Made by a program: the position numbers and the translations under genes. A DNA stretch of 63,047 nucleotides, counting the filler, from Dicyema japonicum (Eukaryota; Animalia; Dicyemida), in NCBI GenBank assembly GCA_011109175.1. It is 5 parts of 5 records of this genome, joined end to end, with 100 filler letters (N's around TTAATTAATTAA, not from the genome) between each part and the next. Parts side by side here need not be neighbours in the genome. Positions count along the whole stretch, not along the records: positions 32,111 to 48,227 come from RDEW01000143.1; 4 more parts are not named here. One strand, given 5' to 3'. Below, piece after piece: positions 33,596 through 46,850 of this stretch; positions within the stretch are counted from its first letter, which is position 1; each line of letters opens with the position of its first letter. The notes beneath the pieces are model-generated. The model worked only from the letters and a program-made list of their open reading frames with translations. It was not told where the DNA came from and searched no databases.

Positions 33596-36460
33596 CAGAT
33601 AAAGTCATGAGTCCCCCCAATGAAGGGTACGCCATTGGGTTGTTCCAATCTTTATAAGCACCTGGTAAACTCTCTGAAATGAAATTTGGAAAGAACAGTC
33701 CAACTCTGACATTTCTGTTAATAGAACTCACGCTGGAAGAAGCCAGAGTGGTGATCTAAGGATGAAGCTATAATTTTACAATTCTGCTGAGGACATCGTT
33801 TCTACAGTCGAAAAAGGGGGTCGTCATGGATATCGTCGAATTTTCAATTCTCACAGACTTGTCGACTATTTGATGACTAAGAGAAGGGGGTCCAAAAATA
33901 AAAAAGTAAAATCCGACGTTATTTTCGATTAAATTGACATTTTGGATCATTACATTAGCCCTAGAGTTTACATAAAGTCCATAGTTGTAGAACTTCCAGA
34001 TTAGAAAGCCTACCCTCGTATAAATGACTACCATTTAGTGACAGACAGTTTGGCTCAACGGGATCCCCATTCGTGTGGAAAATAGCTACCCCGTTTAATC
34101 CCGATTTGGCCACGTTTCCAAAAATCTGAGGATTCGCGTCATTACACGTGGTTCCCCTTATTCGGTACGCCAGTGATTCAGAGCCTGCCACAACATTGGC
34201 GACCAGACGAGTCTGCATCATAAAAATGCCTACATTTTGTGCCCTGTTTACTGTGATGGCTCCTCTCCATAAAATATTGTCAAAGCTCCTCCCGTTGTAA
34301 GTCCCCTCATATAGATGGGAGACCACCAGGTTATTCTCTATCATTGTATTGGTACTTGTCGATATAATAGCTAGTTATTTTAAAATTTGGGGTTACCGGA
34401 CCGACAGGACGATAAATCACGTTGTTTGATATTTCAGGTTATTCGTTCGATACACTCCGATGGTGGGGGAGAAACAGTCATGAAAGGATGATTTCCTAAC
34501 ATAGGAAGGCCTAATGTTGTTTATGTCCCCAATATCCATAAATGTAACAGGATATCTCGCATCAGTATCACTGTCAAAGTCCAGTTGTCCTGTTTTAACG
34601 AACTCAACGTTTTTCAGTCTCGCGAAACCTTCATTTAACAATTCCTGGAATAACCTTTAAAGAGTATTCCATCATGCATTGTCGACCCGACCAGTATACG
34701 TCCCCGAAAGGAGTCGTCGAAAAGCTCCCAATAATTCTAATATTCCTAGTCAACAACCCAACAGAAGCCGCCAACTTAAATCTTTTAGTGCCGATAGTAT
34801 ACGTTTCACCTAAAGTGAGTTCAAGCAATACCCAGGTGGTTGTACCGAAGAGGAGCCTCAAGATGTAATACTAAGCCGTTTTGTGTTATATCCCTTATTA
34901 CAGCCTTTTCTGACTCAATCACGTTATAAGATGACGTGGAGATTACAATCTCTTCACCAATGCTCCAATCGACGGCGTCTTCCAAGTAAATGGTCCTCTC
35001 TCCGGAAACAGCAGTTCTATTAAGCGCCGTGAAGTAAATGTTGTGATCAACACCGTGAAGATCTACTCCACCAAAAGAGGCTAAATAGAAATAATTTGAT
35101 ACCAATGACTTTAGTCCCCACAACAGGTCCCACAATTCTTGGAAATGTTCGAGAATTGATGTTTCCTCTCAGAACAATGTCCAGTCTTCCCTGAAAGGCG
35201 TTGTCTTCTGTCCCCGCTATGATACGTCCCCCTCTTATGAAGATCACCTCCGCCGACAAAACAAAATCTCGATATCCAGAGCGCGTTGAATTATCAATTC
35301 CGTCAAATTCAAGAACTCCATACACGTGTAACTCTTTCAATGTTGGAAAAGCCACATCTGCTAAAACCCACGTGCCTGAATAATTAAGCGTGAAATTAAC
35401 CGGCAGATATCACGACGACACTCCCATTGGATGGCATACCACCACCTGAACTTAAACTTGCGTTCCACTGATTATTTGTGTAACTCCAAATATTTCTGTT
35501 TGACCATCTGACAAAATTGTTGGGTCTATTTCGTTGCGGGGGGAGGTTTGTAGAATCTGGGGGAGGCTCACATTTCGGGTAGAAGCATCGGTACGCATTA
35601 AATCTGACCCAAAATCTTCGAATAGACGAATACTTGTCGACACTGCTCGTTCTGGGGGACATCACTATTAATTAGCGATTGAGCTTAAAACATTCCTGGA
35701 GGAGTCATAATACCAATCTCCGTTATTGTTAGTCTCCACATTCAGGGGAAGCAAGGACATTGAACGGTTAACAGTGGAAGTCGTGAAAACACGATCGGGT
35801 TTCTCCCTCATAGACTGACTGACAATGATATAACCCCCACTCTGCGCATGAAATCAATTCAAACCATTAAGTGATCTACCGCTGCTTTGTAGGAAATATT
35901 TATTGAACTCGACTCGACTGGGAATTGCAGAAACATATTGCCATTTGCCGGGACAACAGCCATCCATCCAAGAGGGAGGTCATCCTCTTCTCTGCAAAAT
36001 AGCTCGTTTCGTTGCCGTATTTCACGATTATCTTGGCATTCCTCGCTAAATAGAGGGTCGGGAGGATATCTGGCATTAAAGCGAATGAAACCGTTCAATG
36101 ATAATCTCGCAAAGCTGTAACTCTGAGGACAGAAGGATGACTGTATTCCTTGTGTATTTTGGGTATTCGTAACACAATCAGATGGGACCAAATTGGAATA
36201 GGGGACAATATTTGTCACCGAACCAGTCTGGGACCCGTCAGAGTCTGTAATGACTCCCTCGTGTATCCAATTCCATTTATATCTATTATTTGAATTTGTA
36301 AAGTGAATGTTTCTAATTAAATAGAGAAATCCTGCAAAAGTTAAGGAAGCTCAACTCCCAGAGTAGGTAGAGCTGGTGCCATCATCTTTGCTTGGTAAAA
36401 GCACGAATATCCGGATTCGTTGTAATTATAGAACTTTATGTTATTCAGAGTTAATCCATC
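33595..36460 (-). pseudogene. PKHD1L1: fibrocystin-L (PKHD1L1)-like internal fragment: second G8 domain plus flanking beta-helix repeats
   Basis: WIHEGVITDSDGSQTG, GWMAVVP, GTWVLAD..LHVYGVLE, GGRIIAG.EDNAFQG, DLHG, DAVDWSIGEEIVISTSSY, LAASVGLLTRNIRIIG, NVEFVKTGQ and FHDCFSPTIGV. Tiny introns at 36332-36355 (24 nt), 36070-36091 (22), 35842-35864 (23) and 34371-34396 (26). At least two apparent 1-nt frameshifts; both ends abut retroelements. Confidence 0.85.
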
Positions 36461-38768
36461 TGTGGTGACTTCAATGCGAAGCACCCACTGTGGCTGACAG
36501 GACAAACCTACGACAAAAGTGTGAAGATGATAATTGAGGACCTCCACGCCTATGTATACTCAACGATCCTGCATCTCATACAAGAACACCTACTCGACGT
36601 AATGATAAACCTTCTTCTATCGACATCTCATAGTCATCACCGTCCTTGGCCCCACTTATTGACTGGTCAGTGAAGTATGACATCAGTAGTGACCACAACC
36701 TAATATTTTTGGAGGTCAAAACAAGGTCATGGATAAAAGGACAATGCCCAACAATAACTAACTAAAGCCTTGCGAATTGGAAAGGATTCAAGGAATACGT
36801 CGATAATTGTATTGGACTATTTAATTTCCCCACTTTTCCCTCCGTCGAACAATTAGTGAAACTCCATTATAAACGATCGAAAAAGAAGTACATTCCTATG
36901 GGGAGACAACGAACGTCATCAAAACGTTTTAACACAACGACGAAACATCTGATCAGAGAACGAAATAATTTAAAGATGGTAAAATCTCCAACAGAAGAGA
37001 ACATCAGGAAAATACGAAAATTGAACAGAGAGATCGACAACAACATAAAGACAGAAAATGCAAATAGATGGACGAGACTATCGAAAGCTCTCTACAAAAA
37101 CCCCCCAATGCAAAGAGTGTGGAAGTGGATCAAAAACATCAAAAGATCCTCCCCAGAGAGAAAAGTCGAAGTCTACATAAAACCAGACACTCTGATAAAA
37201 TACTACACATCTATATCCTACAGGAAGTTTTCAAAAGAACACCAAGTATTCCTGAAAAAGATTGAACCGAAACGCTCCGATGACTGGATCCTATTTACTA
37301 GTCAGGATGTTCGCAGAGCCATATCTAAGGCCAACAACTCAGAGGCCAAAGGACCAGACAACATAACCACATGTGAACTGAAGCACCTAGGCCATCGAGC
37401 CCTGGAACTATTAGCCTATATATTCAACCTATCCATTAACACAAATACAATCCCTGAAATATGGAAGAAGTCTCTAATCAGACCTATCCGAAAACCCAAC
37501 AAACCAATAGATGAACCATCTTCCTATCGCCCAATATCTATTCTAAGTCCGGTCTCAAGGATCCTTGAAAGGCTTGTTTTGGAAAAAATACAAGACTCAA
37601 TCTCAATACCTCCGACCCAGCACGGATTCCGGGACAACCATTCGACAAACACACACCTCACAACCCTCACACAATTCATTGCGGAAGGATTTAACTCCCC
37701 AAACCCCATCAGAGGACAGTAATTATATCCGTGGACATCACAAAAGCGTTCGACTCAGTCCCTAGGAAACTCCTAACAAAGAAAATATACGAAACCAACA
37801 TCCATCCGAACCTGAAACTTTGGCTTGGAAACTTCCTAAATGGAAGACGAGCACAAGTACTCTGCAACAACATCAAATCAAGATCTCGCTATTTCCCAAA
37901 TGGAGTCCCTCAAGGCTCCCACTATCACCCCAACTCTTCAATCTCTACATAAACGACATGCCACAAACCTGTAATGAAAACTGTCTAATCCTCTCCTATG
38001 CCGACGATATCATTCTTGCCTCCAAGAACAGAAGCATTCAATCAGCGACTCAGTTGGCTCAACAAATGCTCGACAACCTGGAACTATGGCTCTCGAAGCG
38101 GAGACTCGACACATCAGCAGCAAAGTCCTTTGTCACTGTTTACCACTTACAAGAGACAGCTCTGTATCGAACCAAAAATCTTTATGAAGAACAAAGCTAT
38201 CTCTATTAACAAAACACCGAAGATTCTGGGAGTAACCCTTGATTAGGGACTCACCTTTATCCGGCATGTTGAAAACAAGTAACTTCTGCTCTGAAAAAAA
38301 TGAGAATTTTAAAAGTGCTCTCAAAAACACTTAGAGATCAAACTGGTATCCTTGCCACGATTACAAACAATTTATCCGACCAACAATGACGTATGCAAGT
38401 CCTTCATGGGCAATGCAAATGTCACGATCTTCCTCATTGAAATTATCTGCAATCGAGGAGACCGCAATAAGGATAATTGGACCGGAATACAAAATCCAGC
38501 CATTGAAAACTTTTTAATCGAACTACAACGGAAACTATTAAAGGAGGCTATTCTACCGAGCTGCCCTCTATTCCAAATACTATCGAATTATCTACAATCA
38601 TACAGAAATTTTGAGCCGATGCCATGTCCAATGAGAAGAGCTGTTCAGGATTTTCGACCCCGCCGGACTCGTCCTCACCTTTGTCGGTCTTGGATCACTT
38701 AGTTAGATGAGAACTTTTATTTCTTTCTCTTTGACCCAGTGATCCTGGGGGTAATAATAATAATAAAA
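36458..38768 (+). mobile_element. 5'-truncated Jockey/I-like LINE (partial EN + RT), frameshifted, (TAA)n tail
   Basis: ICGDFNAKHPLW, SSDH, KGPDNI, YRPISILS, QHGFR, DITKAFDSV, GVPQG, YADD; ends gtaataataataat. Confidence 0.92.
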
Positions 38769-38924
38769 ACGATATAACTGGATCGTTTATTAATCCACAC
38801 CACAATGGTACATTATCACACAACGTTTCAAAAGTATCAAAAGTCCTCAGCACATCTGTGTTGATACTAAACACATATATACTACTATTATTAATTTATT
38901 TTATAAACCTAGTAATTGGAGCAT

Positions 38925-40104
38925 TCTCACAGCATTATTATTATTATTATTCAAATTAAAAATCACCGACAAATAAAATAACTACATAGCCATCAGGTAA
39001 TTCCACCCGCCTCGACTAGCAATCTCATTCTTGCTCAGTGTTCTTCCCGGGTTCCAACGCATATCCGGATTGGGCGGTGGTTTCTAACTTTTTGGGGGTA
39101 GTAAGGCTCCGAATTTCCTCACTAATTCTTCAAATGGTTTAGGGTTTAGAGGTGACTGGGAAAGCCTTTGCAGAGCCTTACTGACCATTTTTTGAAATGT
39201 ATTGATTTTTTCCATATTTGCGTTTGATAGTTTGGTTCCTTTGCAGCACACCCGTAAGTTAGAGACGGCTGAATAAACTGCACGTAGAGCATATCCAAAT
39301 TTGAATAAAAACACCCTTATATTTCCAAGGAGTTTCTTTAACAAAATTTAGCTTTCGTTGTACCGGGGAGATGACGTAGTGATGTGTCTGCTGAAGGTCA
39401 AAACTGGGTCGTATGTTACGCCCAGTATCTTGAACGAGTTGGTCGTGGGGATTGAGTTTCCATTTATGGTTACACATGGAGAGGAGATGTCAATCTTCTG
39501 TTAGTTGTAAAAAGTGTTGTATAAGACTTTTCTGGACTTGTATGTAAGATGTTCTTAACGTGCCAGCAGTTCAGATTGTCCAATAAAGCTTGTAGCAGGT
39601 ATTAACGCAGTGGTCTTTGACTGAGACGATAATATCATCTTCATATGTCAGAACCAGAGTATCATCACTGATCAGGGACGGCATATCATTAATAGGTTGA
39701 ACAAGTGTGGTGACAGTGGAGATCTTTGAGGGACCCAATTTGGAAAAATCTTGGTCACTGACCTAGTTTTTCCAGTAGTCACTCTTCCTCTTCTTCCATT
39801 TAGGAAATTAGCAATCCAGATTTTCAGGTTGTTTGAGATTCTTGACGTAAGGATCTTCCTTATCAAAAGCTTTCTTGCGACAGAGTCAAAAGGTTTTTTT
39901 ATATCGATGGAGCATATCAATGCCTTCTGATGAAGTTTGCGTTTTAGGCCATCCTTGATGAAATTTGTAAGGCATGTAAGATGTGTTCCTGTGGAATGCC
40001 CTTGTCTGAATCCGTGTTGAAAATGTGCATCAGGAAAGTATGGTTTGATTAGTTCAAGAATCAGCTTTTCCAAAATTTTTGATGTAACACATAGGAGAGA
40101 TATT
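38925..40104 (-). mobile_element. related Jockey/I-like LINE 3' half, tail-to-tail with the previous copy
   Basis: ISLLCVTSKILE, FQHGFRQGHST, DIKKPFDSV and VPQRSPLSP; (TAA)n tail at ~38930-38950; 5' part lost in the gap 40105-40212. Confidence 0.88.
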
Positions 40105-40212
40105 NNNNNNNNNNNNNNNNNNNNNNNNNNNNNNNNNNNNNNNNNNNNNNNNNNNNNNNNNNNNNNNNNNNNNNNNNNNNNNNNNNNNNNNNNNNNNNNN
40201 NNNNNNNNNNNN

Positions 40213-41145
40213 CAGAGCTTTTCAAAAAATAATTCTCGCGGCACACTAATCGTAAAAAAAATAATCCACGGCACACATTAAAAAATAAAAAAATTAAATT
40301 TTTAATATGTGTAAAACTAAGTACAAAAATTGGTAATTTAATGCCCAAATTTTTATTAATAAAAAATGAATTCTTAATTATTATTGTTTTTGCATATATC
40401 ATCAATATCAGGTCGAATGGTTAACAAAGGCACTCGCATTTCAGCACAAATCCGACGAGAAACAGTGTTATCTGACAAAGGTATCTTCATTATTTTTTGT
40501 TCATATTTATGGCCAAACATAGTCCGAACAATAATACGACAAGCAGGGATTATCAAGTTTTCGCCAATATTGTGAGGTTTTAGTTGTTTTGCTATCACTT
40601 CTGAGATCAGGTATAAACATTTCAATGATTCCTTTGTGTTTAAAAAAGTTTCACTGAACATCATTTGACTAGATCTACGATTCATAGTAAAAACCAAATA
40701 ATACTTAAGTTGTTTTTTTCAAATGGATAAAATAATCCACAGATTTTTCGGAATAGTCCGGATGCTTGGAAGTAAAATGTCTCTTTAGTTTGCTAAGAAC
40801 CATAGCATTACTTGCCAAAAATCCATGCAAATTAGACATTGAGGTAGTTTATTTTTATCTTTGCATATACATCCAAATGACATATAGAATCTTTATAAGA
40901 ACGACGAACTGATTTACCCATAAGCACGTTGATGCGCACGTTATTAAAAAATTTATAAATAATGGTTAACCAATGTAAATGTCATTTAATGTATAATAAA
41001 AAATGATTATTTTAATTTTAGTAATTATTTTAATTCGTTTATCTTTTTAAATTAATTAAGTCAAAAATGTATACAAATTTATTCAAATTTGTATTTGGCA
41101 GGCGGCACACTTAGTGTGCCGCGGCACATCGTTTGACAACCTCTG
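40213..41145 (-). mobile_element. internally deleted Buster/Charlie-type hAT transposon
   Basis: TIRs CAGAGCTTTTCAAA / CAGAGGTTGTCAAA with GCGGCACAC subterminal motifs; IAKQLKPHNIGENLIIPAC..IPLSDNTVSRRI; right flank ggtTAaag fits the Buster target pattern. Confidence 0.88.
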
Positions 41146-41739
41146 GGTTAAAGAGTACCGAAATTTCTATTGCACGGAAAAGAAAAAATTGTGAAATAAA
41201 AAATACATAACAAATGACAATAAAAATTTTATTTCTAATTTTTTGAGAAAATAATTATCCCACATTGTGAAATAAAAATTTCGATACTTTCAGAAATTCT
41301 TAAAAACTGTGAACTTGATAATTTGTTTTTGAATACATTTCAAGGATGAATGGATGAAACTGGGATCTTTTTTCAATCTTTCCTTTTTGAACAATTTCAT
41401 ATATTTATAGAAAGGGCATAAAGCAATGAAAAGTGAGAATAACTATAGTTTTTTGTGCTAATGCAACTATAACAATAAAAATTAAATTTTTCGTTATTAG
41501 GCAAGTCAAAGACCATAATGTTTAAGATGTTGACTTGGAAATATATTTACTATGCAAATTAAAGGGTTTGGATGACAACATAACTTTTTGAGGTTATCAG
41601 TCATTTTAGTGATGATTTTAATTAAATCATAATTATTTAAACTCAAAAATCAAATCAAAAGTAATCCCCGCCTACATATCGACGTTCAGTTGCCTCTCGC
41701 GATCGCTACAGATGTAAACTGAACTAATGAATTAAATGT

Positions 41740-41960
41740 TAAGAAAAAAGTTTTTTTTACTGATAGATAATGCTCCAAATCACGTTTTAACAAAATATTT
41801 TGAAAATTAAAAATTTTATTCCTTCAAAAAAACACAACTGCTAATCTTCAGCCAGTCGATTCAGTCATAATCAAGAACTTTAAGCATTATTATGAAAAAG
41901 ACTTATTTTTGATTACATGGAAGTCCTTAATTAGAAAAATAAATTTTGTGAATTTACGAA
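41740..41960 (+). mobile_element. pogo/Tigger DDE-domain remnant
   Basis: LLIDNAPNH..KNTTANLQPVDSVIIKNFKHYY. Confidence 0.8.
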
Positions 41961-42141
41961 AGGGCATCATTATGGTATCTCACGCATGAAGTAAAGAAAA
42001 CACAATAAAAATTGTTTCAAAAAACATGGGCAATCGAATGTCATTAAAATCTGCTAATGAAAATATGCAAAATTTTGTTTTGACTGAGTACAAAAAACTG
42101 GAAGAACTTGCTAATAAAAAAAAATTTGTGAAGAATATATT

Positions 42142-42215
42142 GTCGCCGGGTGGCATAGTTGTTAGGTGTCGTCTAAAGTGACTTAGGTTACCGGTTCGAT
42201 TCTCGCTGCTGTTCA
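42142..42215 (+). mobile_element. tRNA-like SINE head (cut at a single N)
   Basis: A box TGGCATAGTTG and B box GGTTCGATTC; similar to the 5' end of the 44481-44788 copy. Confidence 0.7.
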
Positions 42216-42769
42216 NACGTGCCAATCACATGCGAATTGTACAAAAGAGGCCCAGTGATGTGTTTCAACTGCAAATGCTATGGACGCAAATCTTCCTTCT
42301 ATAAAGAGAGATGTCTCAGTTGCGCATGAGTACTTCATAAGTTTGTTTAGAAAGATCGTGCTTTCCATTTATTCACGTGGGTGCGGGTTGTAAAACGATG
42401 GACAAGTGATGATAGGCGATATTGGAAGAACGTGGACAGCAAAGACACGAACGTCATGACGGCACCNTTACCTAGAACCGCGCATGAGTACTTCATAAGT
42501 TTGTTTAGAAAGATCGTGCTTTCCATTTATTCACGTGGGTGCGGGTTGTAAAACGATGGACAAGTGATGATAGGCGATATTGGAAGAACGTGGACAGCAA
42601 AGACACGTACGTCATGACGGCACCAAAAATTAATCGAAAATCGAATGAAATCCCACCCAATCTATCAGAGAAGGTATTTACGGAAATATCAAAGATTACT
42701 CACAGCTTAACTATCTGTGCGCGATTACATAGATGGATTTAATGGAGATAGAAAGCTTGGTTTGGAAGA

Positions 42770-43250
42770 AGCAAGGTCACCAAAATGTTGCTAGTGAATG
42801 CCCGATCCCTAAGAAAAGGCATAATAAACTAGCACTACTTTCTAGGGGCTCTAAGATCGACATCTTGGTGGTCAATGAGATGAAATAAAGAAATCGAAGA
42901 GTAATATATTGACGGGACACAATTCTGTGGACGTTTTATGGAAGGCTTGAGCAGTTGCTGTATGGGAACGTCTATTTTCTACCGCGACTGCCTCAGAATT
43001 CGTAATCCAAAGGTCTTTTGTCATTTATTGTGTGATTTTGTAAGCATGGACGTTTATTTCGAGGAAATATGGATTACTGTTGGAGGTCTATAAGGCAAGA
43101 ATCTTGATATTTGTTCTACAGATATATCTGAGTTCTACATCAAGAATCCCTATGCCATTTTAATTAGCGACTTGATTCGAAGAATTCTATTTCTGCTTTT
43201 AAAGACAAATCAGAATCTACGGCGTTTATAATTATAGTCTGATTAATGTG
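42770..43250 (+). mobile_element. LINE APE-endonuclease N-terminal remnant
   Basis: MLLVNARSL..KIDILVVNE. Confidence 0.5.
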
Positions 43251-44480
43251 GTTTTGTGATCCTCACATCAGATGACCCAATTCATTTTTTTATATTAAAA
43301 ACAAACCTGGCGTTTTCCTAGTATCGCCAGCTCTATCTATTTGAAAATGTCCAAAACTCTAGTTTTATTGAGGTTCTACATATCACAATTAGATTGAGGT
43401 CACTATAGGGATTTCATGCCTAATAATGGAAAGATTAAACCGTCTATGAAATGAAATGCTGAGAAAATAATGCATGACAAAGAAAACACCTTCGACATTC
43501 AGGGATTCAAGGATCAAAAAAATTCAGGGTGTTGTTCGGTAGAATTTGACACCGGATGACAAAAGAAGTTATGTGCCAATACATTTAATTACTCCGACGA
43601 GGAATATTCTCAAGAAATTTGGACGTGTGACTCTCTCAGAAGCAACTGTGTTCATATAATCGATCTCCTTGAATATCTTGAGAACGAATTTAGAGGATAG
43701 CAAAAAAAGTCAGGTTTTTGCATGACGATTTGTAAGAGGTTCAACAAGGAAAGATATTCTAAACAATAGCACTGAATAGACAAAAATCGGCATTACTGAA
43801 AAAGTTCATGTTACAAGACAAGGAAAAGTACGACTATACAATAGTTTCGTCTATTCCAAACTTTTCTACATCTCGGGAACGTGGGAACTAACTCGAACAT
43901 GTGTTGATAACCTAAATTCTTTCCAATGAAAAGAACTAAGGACTCTACTACGTATACACAATCCAATCGTGATAAAAAACGAATCTTATACACAGCTTGT
44001 TAGTCGGAGTATCTTAATTAAATTATTACAAGAACATCGATCTAAAAATGCTAAAATAGCATTAGTCGACGCTAATAGTGAAAAATGTCTCCAAAAATCG
44101 TAATCTTGTAAGAGCTTGAAGATGTCTAACTGACCGGATTATCAGGGGATGGTTCTTGGATGATTGACTCATTGGAGAAAGTCCTGAGAATGTCTGTTAA
44201 AAGCAACTACGATTTCCTCTACCTTAAAATTAGATCATATTTCTATTTACAGTAAAATTAGGTCAACCGTTGAAGTGATTATATAAATTTGATGACAATA
44301 GATGCATTGGTGTATACTTTTATTCGGAACCAAATGTGGATGCCATTGGTGGATACTGTCCTTACTCTTATTCTTTGTAACTATCAGGAGCCGTGGAGGT
44401 ATCGACATATTCATTAATGATCTGGATGACTGAACTAAATGTCTGTTTTTGAAAAAGAAAGAGTTCCCTGAGCGCAATGT

Positions 44481-44788
44481 TTTTTAAGCCTTTTCACGAA
44501 AGCCATAGTATTTATAACTCCGCATAGGCAGGACTCACACTTTATTTAAGTAAAGAACAGTTAATTTTAACTAATCGTAGAACCAAGGAATGATCTTCAC
44601 TTCTATTTTCTTGTGTGAGTGTCCTTTCTAGACAATCCAGTTCCGCAGTGAGTATCCACTGATGACGGCGTCACTCGTCAAGCCTTTTTAGCATCGTAGA
44701 TGCGTGGAACCTTCCACCAGGTGAACAGCAGCGAGATTCGAACTCGCAACCTAAGCCACTTAAGCCCTACACCTAACCACTATGCCAT
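44481..44788 (-). mobile_element. complete tRNA-derived SINE (~308 bp) with 13-bp TSD
   Basis: TSD CTGAGCGCAATGT at 44468-44480 and 44789-44801; A box TGGCATAGTGG; B box GAGTTCGAATC; A-rich 3' end. Confidence 0.88.
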
Positions 44789-45379
44789 CTGAGCGCAATG
44801 TGATTGGAAAAAAACTTGTCTCAAATGACTATCAGTTATTCAACGAATACTCGGTTGAGTTTTTATCCATGTGATGAAATTGGTAATATTCTGACGATGA
44901 ATTTGAGAATAGAACCCTCTTTCGGTCTCTACAGTTGCTATACTGTTACGATGACCTTTCATAGAAAATTCAAATAATAATTATGAAATTATATAAAACT
45001 CAAATGATAGTAATGGATACATCTTAGTTGTGCTTAATGTTACAGATAAAACCCATGGAAATAACAAGGTTGCAAATTTAATTACTCGCTTGATTCTGCA
45101 GCTGCGGCCAGAGTGACCCTACGTTTTATGGGGGACTTTGTATTCTGCTTTAACAACCCAGAAGATGATAGCTTATTTGAAAGAGATCTCAATGAAAGTT
45201 GCCTTTTGGAGATAATGGACACAAACTTCACGAACTAAGTTTACACCTTCATGAAGTTGTATTAAAGAATTTACTTAAAGAGCTTAATGAATTCCTCGCA
45301 TATTATATCTTCAGAGTTCACTATTAAAAGATTTGAAAAACATGGAGAAAGATTTTAACTTTAACAACTTTATTAGCAA

Positions 45380-46850
45380 GGAAAAATTAAAGAGGGTTAT
45401 TTGACTTGATGCCGCAAGTCCTACAAACGCTTGGACTCTTCTCTGCGCTCTCAGACCCCTCTTATCGTTTGTTTTGTGCTGCAACATACTGCATCTCTTT
45501 TAGAAGTTTTCCATCTTTTTTTCTGCTGCATCTATTATCGACATTGCTAGCAAATTTTCATTTCTATCTAGCTTCTCGTCTAACCTTTTGTATAAGGCAA
45601 TTTTGATCCCTGCTCGTCTCGATTGTTCAAGAAGCAAAATAAACGCTCTTTGCATGCAGTGCCATCCTTCCAGCCCATAAAAGTGTGATGGGATGATCGT
45701 ATATGAAAAAATAAATAAAAACATATCCGCTTCGAGTCTCAATTTCCTCATACACAATTACGCATGGTGGGCTTTCTACCCTTTTAGCTTAAAATTGCAC
45801 AATGTGCTCCCAGATTTCTCAAAAACTGTTCCGAGATACTTCAGGGAGCTCACAATGTTGATTCCGCATATGGAGTCTTTCTGATTTACTTTACCATTCC
45901 GACCGAGGAACATTATTGCACTAGATTTTTCTTCTGACAGTTTTAACCCATAAAGACCACACCAGTCTTTTATCTCTTCCATTACATATTGAGTCTCCTC
46001 TCTGAGATCGTGCTCGATCTCGACATATCAGACAGTAGCACGTCGTCTGCGTATATCAGAGATCTCGTACTCGGTGTAGACGGAGACGGGAAACCGGCCA
46101 TTAGAACATTAAACAATATAGGGCTCAAAATTGATCCTTGTGGGACTCCTCTCTTCAATAATATCATATTTGAAAAATAGCGTCCACATCTAACATAGTA
46201 TTTTCTTCCTTCTAGGTATTCTTTCACCCAATTCACTAGTTCCTTTGGGCTCCCCGTCCGAGATAACTGATCGATTATGGCTCTGTGGTTAACACTGTCA
46301 AATGCTTTTGATTTGTCGATACATATGACATTTATGAGACATTTGGATTCTCTGGCTTTGCATAACTCGGAGTTGAGATGAAATAAGCAATCACCGCATG
46401 ACCGTCCTGGGCGAAAACCAAATTGATCATTTCTGAAGTAATTTTCTTTTTCGAACTGAGTTGTAAGCCTCCAGAAGATAATTTTTCCATGACTTTTGAG
46501 ATCGACCTATTCAGGTTGATCGAACGGTAGCTGTCAGGATCATTTTTCGGTCTTCTTGTCTTCGCCACTATCCGTACAATGGTCTTCTTCCATTCCTGCG
46601 GAACATGACCAATTTTTATGCATGCGTTGAACATATCTTGTAGGACTTCGAATAAAATTTCTTGGCCTTCTTTGAACATCCTAGCTTTGATGAATTCACT
46701 GCCCGGAACTTTATTCTTGACAGCTCTTATTGCTATCTTCAGCTCTTCTAGAGAGATCTCTATAAATGCTGTTTTCTCTGACAATGGTTTGTAACATGTC
46801 TTCTTTGCTGACATCGTCCACATCATCATCGACTTTTTTGAAAAGTTAAT
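45380..46850 (-). mobile_element. decayed Jockey/I-like LINE RT
   Basis: DPDSYRSI, DKSKAFDSV, GVPQGSILSPILFN, IYADD, LKYLG. Confidence 0.88.

Noticed and set aside
44640-44690. Hammerhead-like CTGATGA in the SINE and at ~15025
   Set aside because: No properly placed GAAA with stems II and III; the motif lies antisense to the SINE transcript
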